Below are positions 28,150 to 38,014 of a DNA stretch of 53,749 nt, one piece after another. Source of the DNA: a virus (Duplodnaviria > Caudoviricetes); IMG/VR virus record IMGVR_UViG_3300032086_001878, positions 1 through 53,749 of that record. The stretch is one strand, 5' to 3'. The translations under genes and the position numbers were made by a program. Below the pieces are notes generated by a model. That model made no database searches. It worked only from the letters and a program-made list of their open reading frames with translations, and had not been told where the DNA came from. The number at the start of each line of letters is the position of its first letter. Position 1 is the stretch's first letter.

Positions 28150-28838
28150 TAGAACTTAATCCTAGTATCCCTTACATACTCGTATGAATTTATGTAAAGA
28201 GTTTGCAGGTCTTTAAGTCCTGCAGAAAAAGCCGTGAATGCTGCATTAGCCGCATCCAAATTGTCCTTGAACATATACAAATGGTAGAGCGCACCATCCA
28301 CGATTACATTTTGAAAGCTTTCAGGAATACGTGTTTGATCATTATAATTTATTAAGTCTACATAATTTTGATAATATCTAAACCTAATACTATAAGCTTT
28401 ATCAGGTGAGGGGGTTACCCCAAAACCAGATCCATGCGAAGGAAATACAAAATCTGGCGCACCTCTTCCTGTAGACCCTGCAGTATAATCTTCATCACGA
28501 TGATTTGCATACCACTCATCACGCTCTATAGGTTTTAATGTTTTGTACCCAATGTTTAAACTGGAATCTGACTGTATTTGGAATGTATTAAAATCTGCTA
28601 TTTTAAAATAAGAAGGCCAACTATATTCTGTCTGTCCTGCAGTAAGAACTTGTGTATGCTCTGCAGCATTAAAGGGCCACTCAAACTCAGCCTGATTGAT
28701 CTTTGCAACGGACGATTTTACTGCGTCCTTAACTAAAGCTTGTACACCTCGTACTGTTCCAAAATCAGCTTGTGCAATTTCCACTTCGTTTAATCTACGA
28801 AGTACCATATTGCAGAGATCCATATAGGTGCTAGGCAT
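28149..28838 (-). CDS. Tail adaptor (tubular protein A-like)
   Basis: TYMDLCNMVLRRLNE..EWPF; directly after the capsid gene. Confidence 0.7.
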   Translation of the reverse strand: MPSTYMDLCNMVLRRLNEVEIAQADFGTVRGVQALVKDAVKSSVAKINQAEFEWPFNAAEHTQVLTAGQTEYSWPSYFKIADFNTFQIQSDSSLNIGYKTLKPIERDEWYANHRDEDYTAGSTGRGAPDFVFPSHGSGFGVTPSPDKAYSIRFRYYQNYVDLINYNDQTRIPESFQNVIVDGALYHLYMFKDNLDAANAAFTAFSAGLKDLQTLYINSYEYVRDTRIKF

Positions 28839-28860
28839 GAGTAATCCTTAAAAGAATTTA

Positions 28861-28882
28861 GGGGGCAAGTCTCCCTGCCCCC
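28861..28882 (-). terminator. Terminator-like hairpin after the capsid gene
   Basis: GGGGGCAGG-GAGA-CTTGCCCCC followed by TAAATTCTTTT. Confidence 0.6.
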
Positions 28883-28890
28883 GAAAGCTA

Positions 28891-29949
28891 TTACGCTAAG
28901 TTGTAGTTCGCTGTCATAAGAGCTTCAGGACGCAAGATTTTGCGACCATATAGCTGCATACCACGCACGATGTCTGCGAATGTATCTGGAGAACGGAAGC
29001 TCTCAGTTTTCGCAATTTGATCAGCTACAGCTACCGCTGAGTCATGACCTGCTACCATCACACCGTAGTTGGCTTCGGAACCTGCAGATGCTGAAGCACC
29101 TGGGCCATTTCCTTCGTATGGAAGGTTATTTGAAACGTATACTCGCATACCACGAATAGTTCCTGGTAAACGTCCGTTTCTGATTTCGCCTTCGCCACCG
29201 AAGTCAGCGTTCATTAGCTTTGCGTCTTCATCCATTAGTAGTTCTTTGAACACTGGATCGACTACACACCAACGACCTTCGGTATCTACGTTTGCTGCAT
29301 CCATTAGTCGAGCCATACGGCCTAAAACAGCTAATGGTGAAGTGATAGCACCTGCGCCACCACCTGCAGCTAGAGGAATAGACGTTACTTCAGCTTCGCC
29401 ACCAATGTCAGAACCACCGAAGTCAGTGATGTCTAATTTGTTGGCTGCAAGCAATTCGTCATTACCTGCATTTGCGTCAGCCTTAGAACCACCTGTTTCT
29501 AATGCTGTACGTCTTCCCCATGCAGAACCTGACCAATCCCAACCAGACATATAGCCTAGTACTTCACGGTCAAATGCGTCACGAAGTTTGAACCCTGCAC
29601 GGTCTGTAGCTAGATCGATGAAGTTAACGTGGCTATGAGCCTCCTCAATGTCATCGATTGCGAACTGAAAATAATTCGCTTCAGTTACAACCATAGTGAA
29701 ATCTGCATCACTCAAATCTTGTGTCGCAAGTGTTGTTCCACGGGCATATGAGTTGATGGTGATTTCTGGTTCTTTGATGATTTTTACGCTATCGCCCATA
29801 TTTGCGATTTCACCTGCGTAATCGGTGTTAGTTACATCCTCTACAACAGAGGTGTTACGGAAAGCCTTTTGGACTTTCTTAGAATAGATTACTGGCGAAA
29901 AATTACCGTTAGGTAAATTGCCGTAACCACCTGCTACTGGAAATGCCAT
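28891..29949 (-). CDS. Major capsid protein
   Basis: NTDYAGEI..GDSVKI..FADIVRGMQLYGRKILRPEAL; AAAAGGAG RBS. Confidence 0.9.
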   Translation of the reverse strand: MAFPVAGGYGNLPNGNFSPVIYSKKVQKAFRNTSVVEDVTNTDYAGEIANMGDSVKIIKEPEITINSYARGTTLATQDLSDADFTMVVTEANYFQFAIDDIEEAHSHVNFIDLATDRAGFKLRDAFDREVLGYMSGWDWSGSAWGRRTALETGGSKADANAGNDELLAANKLDITDFGGSDIGGEAEVTSIPLAAGGGAGAITSPLAVLGRMARLMDAANVDTEGRWCVVDPVFKELLMDEDAKLMNADFGGEGEIRNGRLPGTIRGMRVYVSNNLPYEGNGPGASASAGSEANYGVMVAGHDSAVAVADQIAKTESFRSPDTFADIVRGMQLYGRKILRPEALMTANYNLA

Positions 29950-30165
29950 TGTTAATACTCCTTTTGAAATGGCAGGTCAGCTAATGCTGACAGACTATAT
30001 CAGAAGGTAACAATTTAGTGGCAGTGCGTTCTGCAAGGGTGCATATGTATTTGCGGTACACATGGGCCTCGCTACACTGGTGGACTGTTTGTTTAAGTCT
30101 TCTGGTTATGAACGGGTTAGGGGTAGTCAAATGAGGCCCTATTCCGAAAAGCTTCATTACTAATA

Positions 30166-30194
30166 ATTATAGCACAACTGCGCCACTTAGTAAA
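30166..30194 (-). promoter_or_regulatory. Capsid-gene promoter containing the ACTAAGTGGCG motif
   Basis: TTTACT-N17-TATAAT with TG extension. Confidence 0.7.
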
Positions 30195-30222
30195 TAGCTA
30201 ATTAAGTTAGTGGCTATGCCAC

Positions 30223-30996
30223 CTATCTTGCTCCACCTGAGACATCATAGATGAACTCACCTGTCTTCATAGACTCTAGGATTGCGGCTTCATTGGCATC
30301 ATACTCTTTGTCAGACATCTTAGCTACCTGACTTTCTGAGAACTTTGCTTTTGGTTCGCCTTTTGGTGCAACTGAAGTGGAACGTCCAACGGCTTGTGCC
30401 GCTGATTTTTTAGACGTGGTTTTTCGCTTGCCTGTATCGGCTTTAAACAAGTCGATTGCACGGGCCGCTGCCACGGCATCTGTGTTATTTTTATAGAGAG
30501 CATCTTGTATGTACATAGGCTGCATTTGAACCCACTCATGGAATGCAGGGTCTTGCCGTATTTGAGGAAAATCAGGATGAAGCTTATGTAGTTGTTGTTC
30601 AGCTTCTTTTTTCGTAATCTTTTTCTCAAGATCTTTTAAGTGTCCTAATCTTTTTTCACCTTCTTCCAAAGCTTCGTTAGCCCTTTTACGTGCAATTGTA
30701 TCAACAATTTTAGCCACATCAGGATATTTAGAAGCCCATTGCTTAATTTCTTCATCAGTTTTTGGAAACCTGATTTGACCTTTTGCAGCGGTATCAAGTT
30801 GTTCTTTAACTTTTGCAATTTCCTGATCCTTCTGTTGCATCAGTTGCTGCATATGTCTTCGAAGATCACCATATCGTTTCTTGAATGATGCTTCTTCTGG
30901 ATCTTGGGATTCTGCCTCAACTTGTGCTTGTTGTGCTACTTCTTCTGAATATGATAGATTTTCTTCAGCTTCTTCTTTTCTTTTATATTTACTCAT
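30223..30996 (-). CDS. Capsid scaffolding protein
   Basis: Helical and charged, FKKRYGDLRRH; upstream of the capsid gene. Confidence 0.7.
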   Translation of the reverse strand: MSKYKRKEEAEENLSYSEEVAQQAQVEAESQDPEEASFKKRYGDLRRHMQQLMQQKDQEIAKVKEQLDTAAKGQIRFPKTDEEIKQWASKYPDVAKIVDTIARKRANEALEEGEKRLGHLKDLEKKITKKEAEQQLHKLHPDFPQIRQDPAFHEWVQMQPMYIQDALYKNNTDAVAAARAIDLFKADTGKRKTTSKKSAAQAVGRSTSVAPKGEPKAKFSESQVAKMSDKEYDANEAAILESMKTGEFIYDVSGGAR

Positions 30997-31039
30997 GTTG
31001 TTCCTCTGGGGGCTTCTATTGAAGGTAGCCCATTAAAAT

Positions 31040-32245
31040 TTACACGATGAAAGTAACTTTAGGTTTCTTTATCATGCCGTACATAGAAGTCTTGGTTGAG
31101 TAATCACTTTCCTGATACTCTTCTGTTTCATTGACTTCTGGTTCCTCTTCAGAAACTTCCACTGAAGCCATTTCCACCTCGTTGCCCTCTGGCGTTTCCA
31201 TTGTCTCTTCTTCGGAATCGCCCTCTTCTGGTTCAGACATATCTACTTCAGCAATTAAACCCATTGCATCCATAGCCATCAGACCCATCTTCGCTTCTTC
31301 CTGCATACTCATAATGTGCTTGAGGCCGTGCCACTTCACCACATCTGCAGGTAAAACGTATTCTCCCTGAGACAGCATCACTTCGATGTCATCTCGTACT
31401 TCATTTGCATTAGACCCAACTGGAATAGGGTTGCCTGAGACAGGATCTACTGGCCCCATCATGCCATCCATACAGTCTCCATCGCAGTCACCACCACAAT
31501 CGCACGGCATACCACCATGATACATCTTTGGCTTTTCATCAGCCTCTGGATCGTCAGCCATAGCTTTTTGGACAGCTTCCCCACGGGCTTTCTCGTAGGA
31601 TGAAAGTTCTCCATCATTATCTACGTCTGCTTTTTCTTCATCTAATTGAAACTTTTTATCAGCCATTTCATAACCTTCTTTTGTATCAATACCTTTGCGA
31701 CCTACCATCAATCCCCCCAGAGCCATTTCAGAAGATGAAAAAAAATTTGCCTCTGCGACTTCGGGGTAGGTGATCTGTATGTTGTGTGAAAAATGAGTAT
31801 CTAGAACAGGCTCTTGTCCTTCATACCCACGGGTAAATGTATGATTGCCTATCGTAATTGCATCTGGGCCAGTGAAGTCTGTACCTCTGCTTTCAGTTCT
31901 CGCTGTATTCTGAAAGAATGTTCTTCCCTCTACAGCATCTTCACCAAGTTGAATGTAATCTACGAACTCTTGTACTTGGCTCTCTAAATCTTCTTGGGGG
32001 GCAGGAATATCTGTAATAGAACCGTAGGTTTCGATAGGCTCAAACTCACTTGAATTGAGAACCTCTTCTACTGTGTCGGGAAACCTGTCAGAGGCTAACC
32101 TGTTTAGTATGACACCTCGAACCGCATCACGACCTTCCAAGCTTTCTCCACGGGCTTCAGCCCACACGATCTTTTCAATCTTTTCGATGTCGGAGTAAGG
32201 AAGTTCTGTGAGAGGTCTTGCTTTAGGGCGAAGACTGCTATCCAC
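31040..32245 (-). CDS. SleB/Hydrolase_2-like cell wall hydrolase fused to an acidic domain
   Basis: IVWAEARGE..VILNR..FP.TV..IGNHTF. Confidence 0.75.
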   Translation of the reverse strand: MDSSLRPKARPLTELPYSDIEKIEKIVWAEARGESLEGRDAVRGVILNRLASDRFPDTVEEVLNSSEFEPIETYGSITDIPAPQEDLESQVQEFVDYIQLGEDAVEGRTFFQNTARTESRGTDFTGPDAITIGNHTFTRGYEGQEPVLDTHFSHNIQITYPEVAEANFFSSSEMALGGLMVGRKGIDTKEGYEMADKKFQLDEEKADVDNDGELSSYEKARGEAVQKAMADDPEADEKPKMYHGGMPCDCGGDCDGDCMDGMMGPVDPVSGNPIPVGSNANEVRDDIEVMLSQGEYVLPADVVKWHGLKHIMSMQEEAKMGLMAMDAMGLIAEVDMSEPEEGDSEEETMETPEGNEVEMASVEVSEEEPEVNETEEYQESDYSTKTSMYGMIKKPKVTFIV

Positions 32246-32460
32246 TATTCTGAACCTTTAATCACTTCTTCTCTGAGGGTATGTAATCTACGCAATTCAG
32301 CGATTGCGCCTTGGATTTCCAAGATACGACTTGGCTCTTTTTGTAGCTCAAGAATATGATGGAAATAACTAATACGGCTATCTGCGTATTGCTTCAGCTT
32401 GTCCATCATGTCTTTGTCGTTAACAAGTGGCAGTAAGCTGCGGTAGGTTTCTTTATTCAT
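32245..32460 (-). CDS. Hypothetical protein
   Basis: 71 aa, coupled to the portal gene. Confidence 0.75.
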   Translation of the reverse strand: MNKETYRSLLPLVNDKDMMDKLKQYADSRISYFHHILELQKEPSRILEIQGAIAELRRLHTLREEVIKGSE

Positions 32461-34598
32461 TAATTAACGGGGCCTTGAGGTTGTTGTGGTTGGTTCCCCC
32501 CGTTGTCTCCTCCACCTGCACCTGTAAAACCTTCGGCTGTTGGCTCTGGTGCATTGCCTGGAGCTATATTACCACCACCTGTGCCTGTTGGGTCTTCAGG
32601 TGACGGTACACCTTGTGCAGGTGCTTGTGGTGGCTGTTGAGGCAACATAGCCTGTATCTCTGCCATCATCTTCGCTTGTATAATAGCTTCCCGTGGATCG
32701 TTAAGAATTTTGTCTTCATCTAGATCCATAGATGCAGCAAGCTCTCGAAGGATGAAGTCATACTTAACAAACGGAGCCATCTGTTGATTAGCTGTCATCT
32801 GCATAAACTGTAGTAAGCGTTGGCTTCTGATCTCGTTCCGCATCAGACTTTCAGTGCCACGGGCTTTTACTTCTAAGTCACCCTGAGTATATTCCTGATC
32901 AAAGTTGAACTGCATGTTGAAAGCAAATAATGCTTTGCCCAACGGTGCTAATAAATAATCATCAACATTTCTCACTACTGCTTTAATGTTTTGCGCTGCG
33001 GCTCCCATCAACATAGACATACCTGAAGCAGTACGTCCTACACCCATAACACCACCTACACCGTGGCTATATGAAGGTATCCCCGTAGACTCATCTGATA
33101 GCTGACGGGCTTTGTCGAACATCATTAGAAGTTCGTTAGATACGTTGGGGAACTTGGTTCCAAAGATAGATTGACCTGGAGCACCTGCCTGTCTGCGGAA
33201 GACTTTGCCTGGGTACACAGATAGGTCTTGGCCTGGGACGAGATTGGTTTCATCTATTTCTATAAGTAGGTTACCAGAGAGCGCACCGTTATCTACAGCC
33301 ATCCTCATAAAACCGTTCATCAACAACTGGGTGTCTTCCATGTTTTCAGCAACACCAATACCAAAGAAACCGTAGGGGTTTAACTCATAGGGAACTGAAG
33401 TGTAGGGAATGCGTGTTGGGGTAAATGGATTGATTACGAGGCGTAGTATTTGCCCATTACAAATCCAAACATTGACTTGAACTTGGTCACGGTCTGAAAC
33501 TTCATCAGGTAATTCTAGATCAGCTTGCTCTGCAAGGTCAGCATCCATAACCCCCCAATACTCTAGTACTTCATATCGATCAGGACTTTCTGAATTGTTG
33601 GTTTCGTCTAATGCATCTTCCCAGTATTCTCTTTGGTATTGAGGGCCATACTCAATTGCAAGCTCAATACTTTCTTCACGAAAATGTGGACGTTTCTTTA
33701 AGGCTCTCATCTGAGAACGATTAAGTCTGTGCCTCTGAATAGTATATTCGGCTTCCGACATATTTCGAGCATCTGGATCAGGATATAAATCCCATATACT
33801 TACATACTCAACCTTTGGAATTGTTTCAAAGATAGGACTGTAGTTTCCTTCTTCATCCCAATTTGGATATTCCTTGTCGAAAGCAAACGGCCCTTTAAGA
33901 ACACCTGTACCAAAGAGGCAAGTCTCGAATGCTACGGATCGAAGGTGTTTGGATGCGTTTGTTTCATCCAACTGATCATGCATCTTACGTTCCATACGGT
34001 CTGCGGCACGTTTTGCAGGTTCATATGTAATTGAACTAGGGGTTTTACCCTGCCCTAACTCCAATTCCTCGTAAATAGGCCCTAAATCATCCTTATATGG
34101 GCCTAAATCACGGTCTAAATCGGGTCTTGCTATAGCCCTTTTAGGTTTATACGAAACCCCTATTTTTTCGCTGATTTTCTCCTCTGTAATAGCGTTTGGA
34201 TCATAATTTACCGCACCTGCTACATTATTAGGATCTCTACGTGCATCTATACCAATAGGAAACTTCGATCCTGCAAATAATACGTCTACAACCTGTGCGT
34301 ATGCTGCCAAAACCTTAGTTTTAGTGATTTTTACGAATGCTTGGCTCTTTTCACTGTCCGTAAACTGCACTTCGGGGCCGTATATACCCCTGTAGTTACG
34401 GTAAGACATCAGCCAACGCTCTTCGTCGGCTAATCTTTGGTCTTTTGAGCGTCTAAATTGACTTTCTATGAAGGATGCTAACTCAGAAAACTCAATATTT
34501 TCCTCTTCTACATCCCCGTCCTCTTGTAAAGAGACAATATCCGATAATTCAGTCTGATCTTCAGGTGATGGGCCTGTAGGTTTGTCCATTAATGCCAT
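32460..34598 (-). CDS. Portal protein
   Basis: 712 aa after TerL; WDLYPDP, FFGIGVAE, RTASGMSML. Confidence 0.85.
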   Translation of the reverse strand: MALMDKPTGPSPEDQTELSDIVSLQEDGDVEEENIEFSELASFIESQFRRSKDQRLADEERWLMSYRNYRGIYGPEVQFTDSEKSQAFVKITKTKVLAAYAQVVDVLFAGSKFPIGIDARRDPNNVAGAVNYDPNAITEEKISEKIGVSYKPKRAIARPDLDRDLGPYKDDLGPIYEELELGQGKTPSSITYEPAKRAADRMERKMHDQLDETNASKHLRSVAFETCLFGTGVLKGPFAFDKEYPNWDEEGNYSPIFETIPKVEYVSIWDLYPDPDARNMSEAEYTIQRHRLNRSQMRALKKRPHFREESIELAIEYGPQYQREYWEDALDETNNSESPDRYEVLEYWGVMDADLAEQADLELPDEVSDRDQVQVNVWICNGQILRLVINPFTPTRIPYTSVPYELNPYGFFGIGVAENMEDTQLLMNGFMRMAVDNGALSGNLLIEIDETNLVPGQDLSVYPGKVFRRQAGAPGQSIFGTKFPNVSNELLMMFDKARQLSDESTGIPSYSHGVGGVMGVGRTASGMSMLMGAAAQNIKAVVRNVDDYLLAPLGKALFAFNMQFNFDQEYTQGDLEVKARGTESLMRNEIRSQRLLQFMQMTANQQMAPFVKYDFILRELAASMDLDEDKILNDPREAIIQAKMMAEIQAMLPQQPPQAPAQGVPSPEDPTGTGGGNIAPGNAPEPTAEGFTGAGGGDNGGNQPQQPQGPVN

Positions 34599-34601
34599 AT
34601 T

Positions 34602-36476
34602 TTAGTATCCAAATCTTGTATCTGAGGGGGTGTACCGCTGTATTGGAACGCCTTGGCCCATATCGAAGGGTGAAAAGGCTTTCGGGCGGCTCATAATTCC
34701 ATATCTAACGCTATCGTATGTGTGGTCTGAGGCGTGTCTTGGGTCTATATCGTCTGAACCCTTTGGATCGGATGGAATTACGGGTAAATCTGCTATAATC
34801 TGTCGGCAGGTGTTGAAGAAAATAATACCTGCGGTTTCTGTTACAGGGTCTACCTTTAAAACTTCGTGAAATCTGTTCTTTCCTGCTACTCTTGCACCTG
34901 CAGAACGGTCACTTGGACGCCATCTGCATCCTACGCTAATCATTTCTTCCGCAATAGACGGGCCAATCTGCCCACGATTATGCCAACACGAACTGTCCAG
35001 TATGCCATATTGAATGCTTTCCCCTTGTTCCGCTTCGAGAACCGCTTGAGCAAGGTCTTTACCAGTGTGTTTCGAGACATAAAGTTCACGATAGACGTAG
35101 AGCGTTTCATAACTTGGATCAATCGCAAACCAATGTACCGCAGAATGAGAAGAGTACCCATAGTCACAACTCCTAAACCTGCGCCAATCGGGGGGAATAT
35201 CAAACGGTTCGCAGACATGGACTGATTGTTTAAACTCTGGGAACGCTGCACCATCCGCTACAGCCCAATCTCCCTCTAGTAATTGCCGCCTTTGCATTTC
35301 TGGAAGTGCTAAAAGGTTGGCTTCGTATTGCCCGTCCTTCATCAGGTAGGGGTTGTCTTTCAAAGTTGCAGGTATGAACCTGCGGTAGAACAACGGTTGT
35401 CCTTCTTTTTCATGTCCTTCGGGAAATACTAGTGTATTGCCTGTATCGATGTCCGTTGCTGCAAACTTTATATTCCCTGGGGCAGGATCTACGAACATCT
35501 TCTTTACCCATCCATGTCCTCTACCACCTGGGTTTGTCGTAGCCCGTTGGAATAGTGGCAGGGTTGGATCTGTGGAACGTAAACGAGAGCGCATATAGTT
35601 CCAAGCAAAGGGCGTTGCGTACTGGGTAAGTTCGTCAAAAGCTATGTAGCTGAAAGACAAACCTTGGTATCGAAGAACGTCCTCATCTCTTTCGAGGTAG
35701 GTCATCCATAATTTACCACCGCTAGGAAAGACCCACTGACTTTTCTTTTCTTGCCACTTTGCTTCAGGGTAAATCTTTGGGTAAAGCTCTTGAGACTTCC
35801 AGATTAGTTCCCGTAGTTCGTCATTTGTACGTCTAAGTATAAGACCGCTAAAGTTACTATTATTAAAATAGCGCATTGGGTCAGCGAGTAGAGCATATGA
35901 TTTTCCTGATCCTGCACTGCCCCCGTATAAAACCTCACGCTCACTAGCCGCTAGGAAGTCTGTCTGAGGGCCTGGATTTGGTTGAAAAACAACTTCACGT
36001 TCTTGTTGTTCTTGGGTGATAACTCCGAAGTCTAGTGTTTCAGAAATGCTTTGAAACTCTTCTTCAGCTTCGACATCTGCACCTGTGTGCTTTGCAAGCC
36101 TGTTCTCCATCATGGTTTTGATACGCTTGCTGTCGGCTATCTTACGTCTTAGTCGAGCTTCTTCCTTTGCATCCTTTGTCTTGGGCTTAGTCTTATTATT
36201 CTCTTTCTTCAGAGCTTTCAGGCGTTTGCTTTTGGGCCTATGCTGCGCCCATATATTCCGTAGACCTTGGTGGGAGATTGTACGCTCAAGTTTATCGTTG
36301 AGCCACTCCGTAACCTTACGTCCACTATACCCTTCATCTAGATGATCTAAGGCTTGTTCGATCAGTGGGGTATAATCTTCATCAGGAATTAACTGTAGAG
36401 GATCTTCGTCACTGGCCTTGTAGCCGTAGGGTATTCTCTGGGTTCCGTTTTTTCTAGTTTTGTTTTTCCAAGTCAT
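34602..36476 (-). CDS. terL: Terminase large subunit with N-terminal extension
   Basis: Walker A YGGSAGSGKS, Walker B IAFDE, TTNPG, CDYG, DHTYDSVRY; ATG 36476 preferred. Confidence 0.92.
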   Translation of the reverse strand: MTWKNKTRKNGTQRIPYGYKASDEDPLQLIPDEDYTPLIEQALDHLDEGYSGRKVTEWLNDKLERTISHQGLRNIWAQHRPKSKRLKALKKENNKTKPKTKDAKEEARLRRKIADSKRIKTMMENRLAKHTGADVEAEEEFQSISETLDFGVITQEQQEREVVFQPNPGPQTDFLAASEREVLYGGSAGSGKSYALLADPMRYFNNSNFSGLILRRTNDELRELIWKSQELYPKIYPEAKWQEKKSQWVFPSGGKLWMTYLERDEDVLRYQGLSFSYIAFDELTQYATPFAWNYMRSRLRSTDPTLPLFQRATTNPGGRGHGWVKKMFVDPAPGNIKFAATDIDTGNTLVFPEGHEKEGQPLFYRRFIPATLKDNPYLMKDGQYEANLLALPEMQRRQLLEGDWAVADGAAFPEFKQSVHVCEPFDIPPDWRRFRSCDYGYSSHSAVHWFAIDPSYETLYVYRELYVSKHTGKDLAQAVLEAEQGESIQYGILDSSCWHNRGQIGPSIAEEMISVGCRWRPSDRSAGARVAGKNRFHEVLKVDPVTETAGIIFFNTCRQIIADLPVIPSDPKGSDDIDPRHASDHTYDSVRYGIMSRPKAFSPFDMGQGVPIQRYTPSDTRFGY

Positions 36477-36837
36477 CGGCTTTTGGGGGAAGAATGAACA
36501 TACCGCCACCGTTATTGGTGACCTCAATCTTTTCTTTCTTAATTAAGCCTGTGCGGTCTAACACCTCACGGGCTGCGTTGATTGCATTCCTAGCTCCCAA
36601 TGCCGTTGGATCGTTCAGGACATCGATCAAACCATGTGCAGCCTTTGGTGCATTCATAGCTAACATCATCGATGCTCTCTCAATAATCTCTTCACGCAAC
36701 GGCCCCGTTACTTCACCCTGATTGGTTCCCTTACTATATCCTGCTAAATCCATAGCCTTACGGATATTACCACGGGCTTCACCCATCAGAGCTTCTAAAA
36801 AAGCAGCTTGCTTTTCAGTATATTTTTTCTCAGTCAT
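36454..36837 (-). CDS. terS: Terminase small subunit (putative)
   Basis: TEKQAAF..A...AGYS HTH and A.EVLDR.G; adjacent to terL. Confidence 0.75.
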   Translation of the reverse strand: MTEKKYTEKQAAFLEALMGEARGNIRKAMDLAGYSKGTNQGEVTGPLREEIIERASMMLAMNAPKAAHGLIDVLNDPTALGARNAINAAREVLDRTGLIKKEKIEVTNNGGGMFILPPKADDLEKQN

Positions 36838-36841
36838 TACT

Positions 36842-37111
36842 TTACCTTAAAAATACAAAACACAGACCGACTGCGCCTGTGGCGATCATCCAGAATATAC
36901 GTTCTGCAAAGGCTATCTTCTGCCCTCGCACAATGGCTTGCCTCTCCATTTCATCTAATCGATCATCAGCCTTCTTCTGGTACTCGACTATATTATCCAT
37001 CCGCTTAAATGCGGTGACCATACGCTCTTCCATGCGTACCATTTCGATCATGCATTCCGAAAGCTTATCCACCTTAGACTCAATTCGATCTAGCCTGTCT
37101 TCCATACCCAA
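36842..37111 (-). CDS. Coiled-coil protein with C-terminal TM (possible holin-like)
   Basis: Heptad pattern plus C-terminal hydrophobic helix. Confidence 0.55.
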   Translation of the reverse strand: MGMEDRLDRIESKVDKLSECMIEMVRMEERMVTAFKRMDNIVEYQKKADDRLDEMERQAIVRGQKIAFAERIFWMIATGAVGLCFVFLR

Positions 37112-37115
37112 CCCT

Positions 37116-37352
37116 TTATTTCTTTTTCCAACTCACCCTCTTTGAGGATGTCTTTTTTCGGGTTGCTGCTTTGCCTTTTGCAGTTTTGCACTGCGCCATA
37201 GTCGGTCTACAGGCAGGATAGGAGCCACCACTTTTTCTGGACTTACGCCCACAGGGGCCACCTGTCTTACAATTGACCCACCCCTTACCTTTGTTTCGAC
37301 TGAACCACTTCCGTAGCCCGTCACTCGAACTGCTACGCTTTTTTCTTGCCAC
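37116..37352 (-). CDS. Small basic Cys-containing protein
   Basis: GTG start; GLRKWF..WV.CK..PCGR..YPACRP. Confidence 0.7.
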   Translation of the reverse strand: MARKKRSSSSDGLRKWFSRNKGKGWVNCKTGGPCGRKSRKSGGSYPACRPTMAQCKTAKGKAATRKKTSSKRVSWKKK

Positions 37353-37506
37353 GCTTACTACCGCCAATGTTATAGTTTTTAGCACCGACTTTGCGGCAAC
37401 GAACCATATGCCCTGATCGGTAAGCGGAGTTCTGTGGCATAGCTGCAGCTACTTTTTTGTAACATGCATCCTTCTTAGTCTTTGATTTCTTTTTCCTAGC
37501 TGCCAT
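37333..37506 (-). CDS. 57-aa basic protein
   Basis: MAARKKKSKTKKDACYKKV..SAYRSG.MVRCRK; manually translated. Confidence 0.7.
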   Translation of the reverse strand: MAARKKKSKTKKDACYKKVAAAMPQNSAYRSGHMVRCRKVGAKNYNIGGSKRGKKKA

Positions 37507-37612
37507 TGCTGACCACCTTCATCATATGTCGGGCTATGTTTTTGTATCGGGTGATAATCAGGATGAAACCATCATCATTATAGACAACGTATTTACGTTT
37601 ACGTTCCCTCAT
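37496..37612 (-). CDS. 38-aa hypothetical protein
   Basis: MRERKRKYVVYNDDGFILIITR..; overlaps both neighbours in operon style. Confidence 0.5.
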   Translation of the reverse strand: MRERKRKYVVYNDDGFILIITRYKNIARHMMKVVSNGS

Positions 37613-37854
37613 TACCATTTCTTGCAAGACCAATATCTTGCCGTAAATTTATCTTTAGCCGTGTCGCACTTATGTCTTGCTCTAAAACTCTTACGCCTTT
37701 TAGGATTGCTTTTCTTGATCCTCATATTTGGATCTCCGAAGCGAATAATCTTTTCCTTGCCATCCTTACAGGCTTTGACCACAAACTTCTTAGGCCCTTC
37801 AGGGGTGCGTCGAGGCTTGTTGCACTTCATCTTGGACTTATCGATCTTAGCCAT
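37612..37854 (-). CDS. Basic protein, DUF6321-like
   Basis: IRFGDPNM..RRKSFRARHKC..ARYWSCKKW. Confidence 0.7.
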   Translation of the reverse strand: MAKIDKSKMKCNKPRRTPEGPKKFVVKACKDGKEKIIRFGDPNMRIKKSNPKRRKSFRARHKCDTAKDKFTARYWSCKKW

Positions 37855-38014
37855 TTCTATCGACCTCAAAACATTCTACTGAACTGGCAGAGTTGGTGAT
37901 CAGGACTTTGGATTTATTGAGTTCGATCTGGCAGTTTTCTTCAGAGCCGTATGTTCCAATGTGGTAATACTCAAATTCGCCATGCATAAACTGTAACCAG
38001 ATTAAAAACCACAT
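37847..38014 (-). CDS. 55-aa hypothetical protein
   Basis: MWFLIWLQF..C..C; manually translated. Confidence 0.6.
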   Translation of the reverse strand: MWFLIWLQFMHGEFEYYHIGTYGSEENCQIELNKSKVLITNSASSVECFEVDRNG

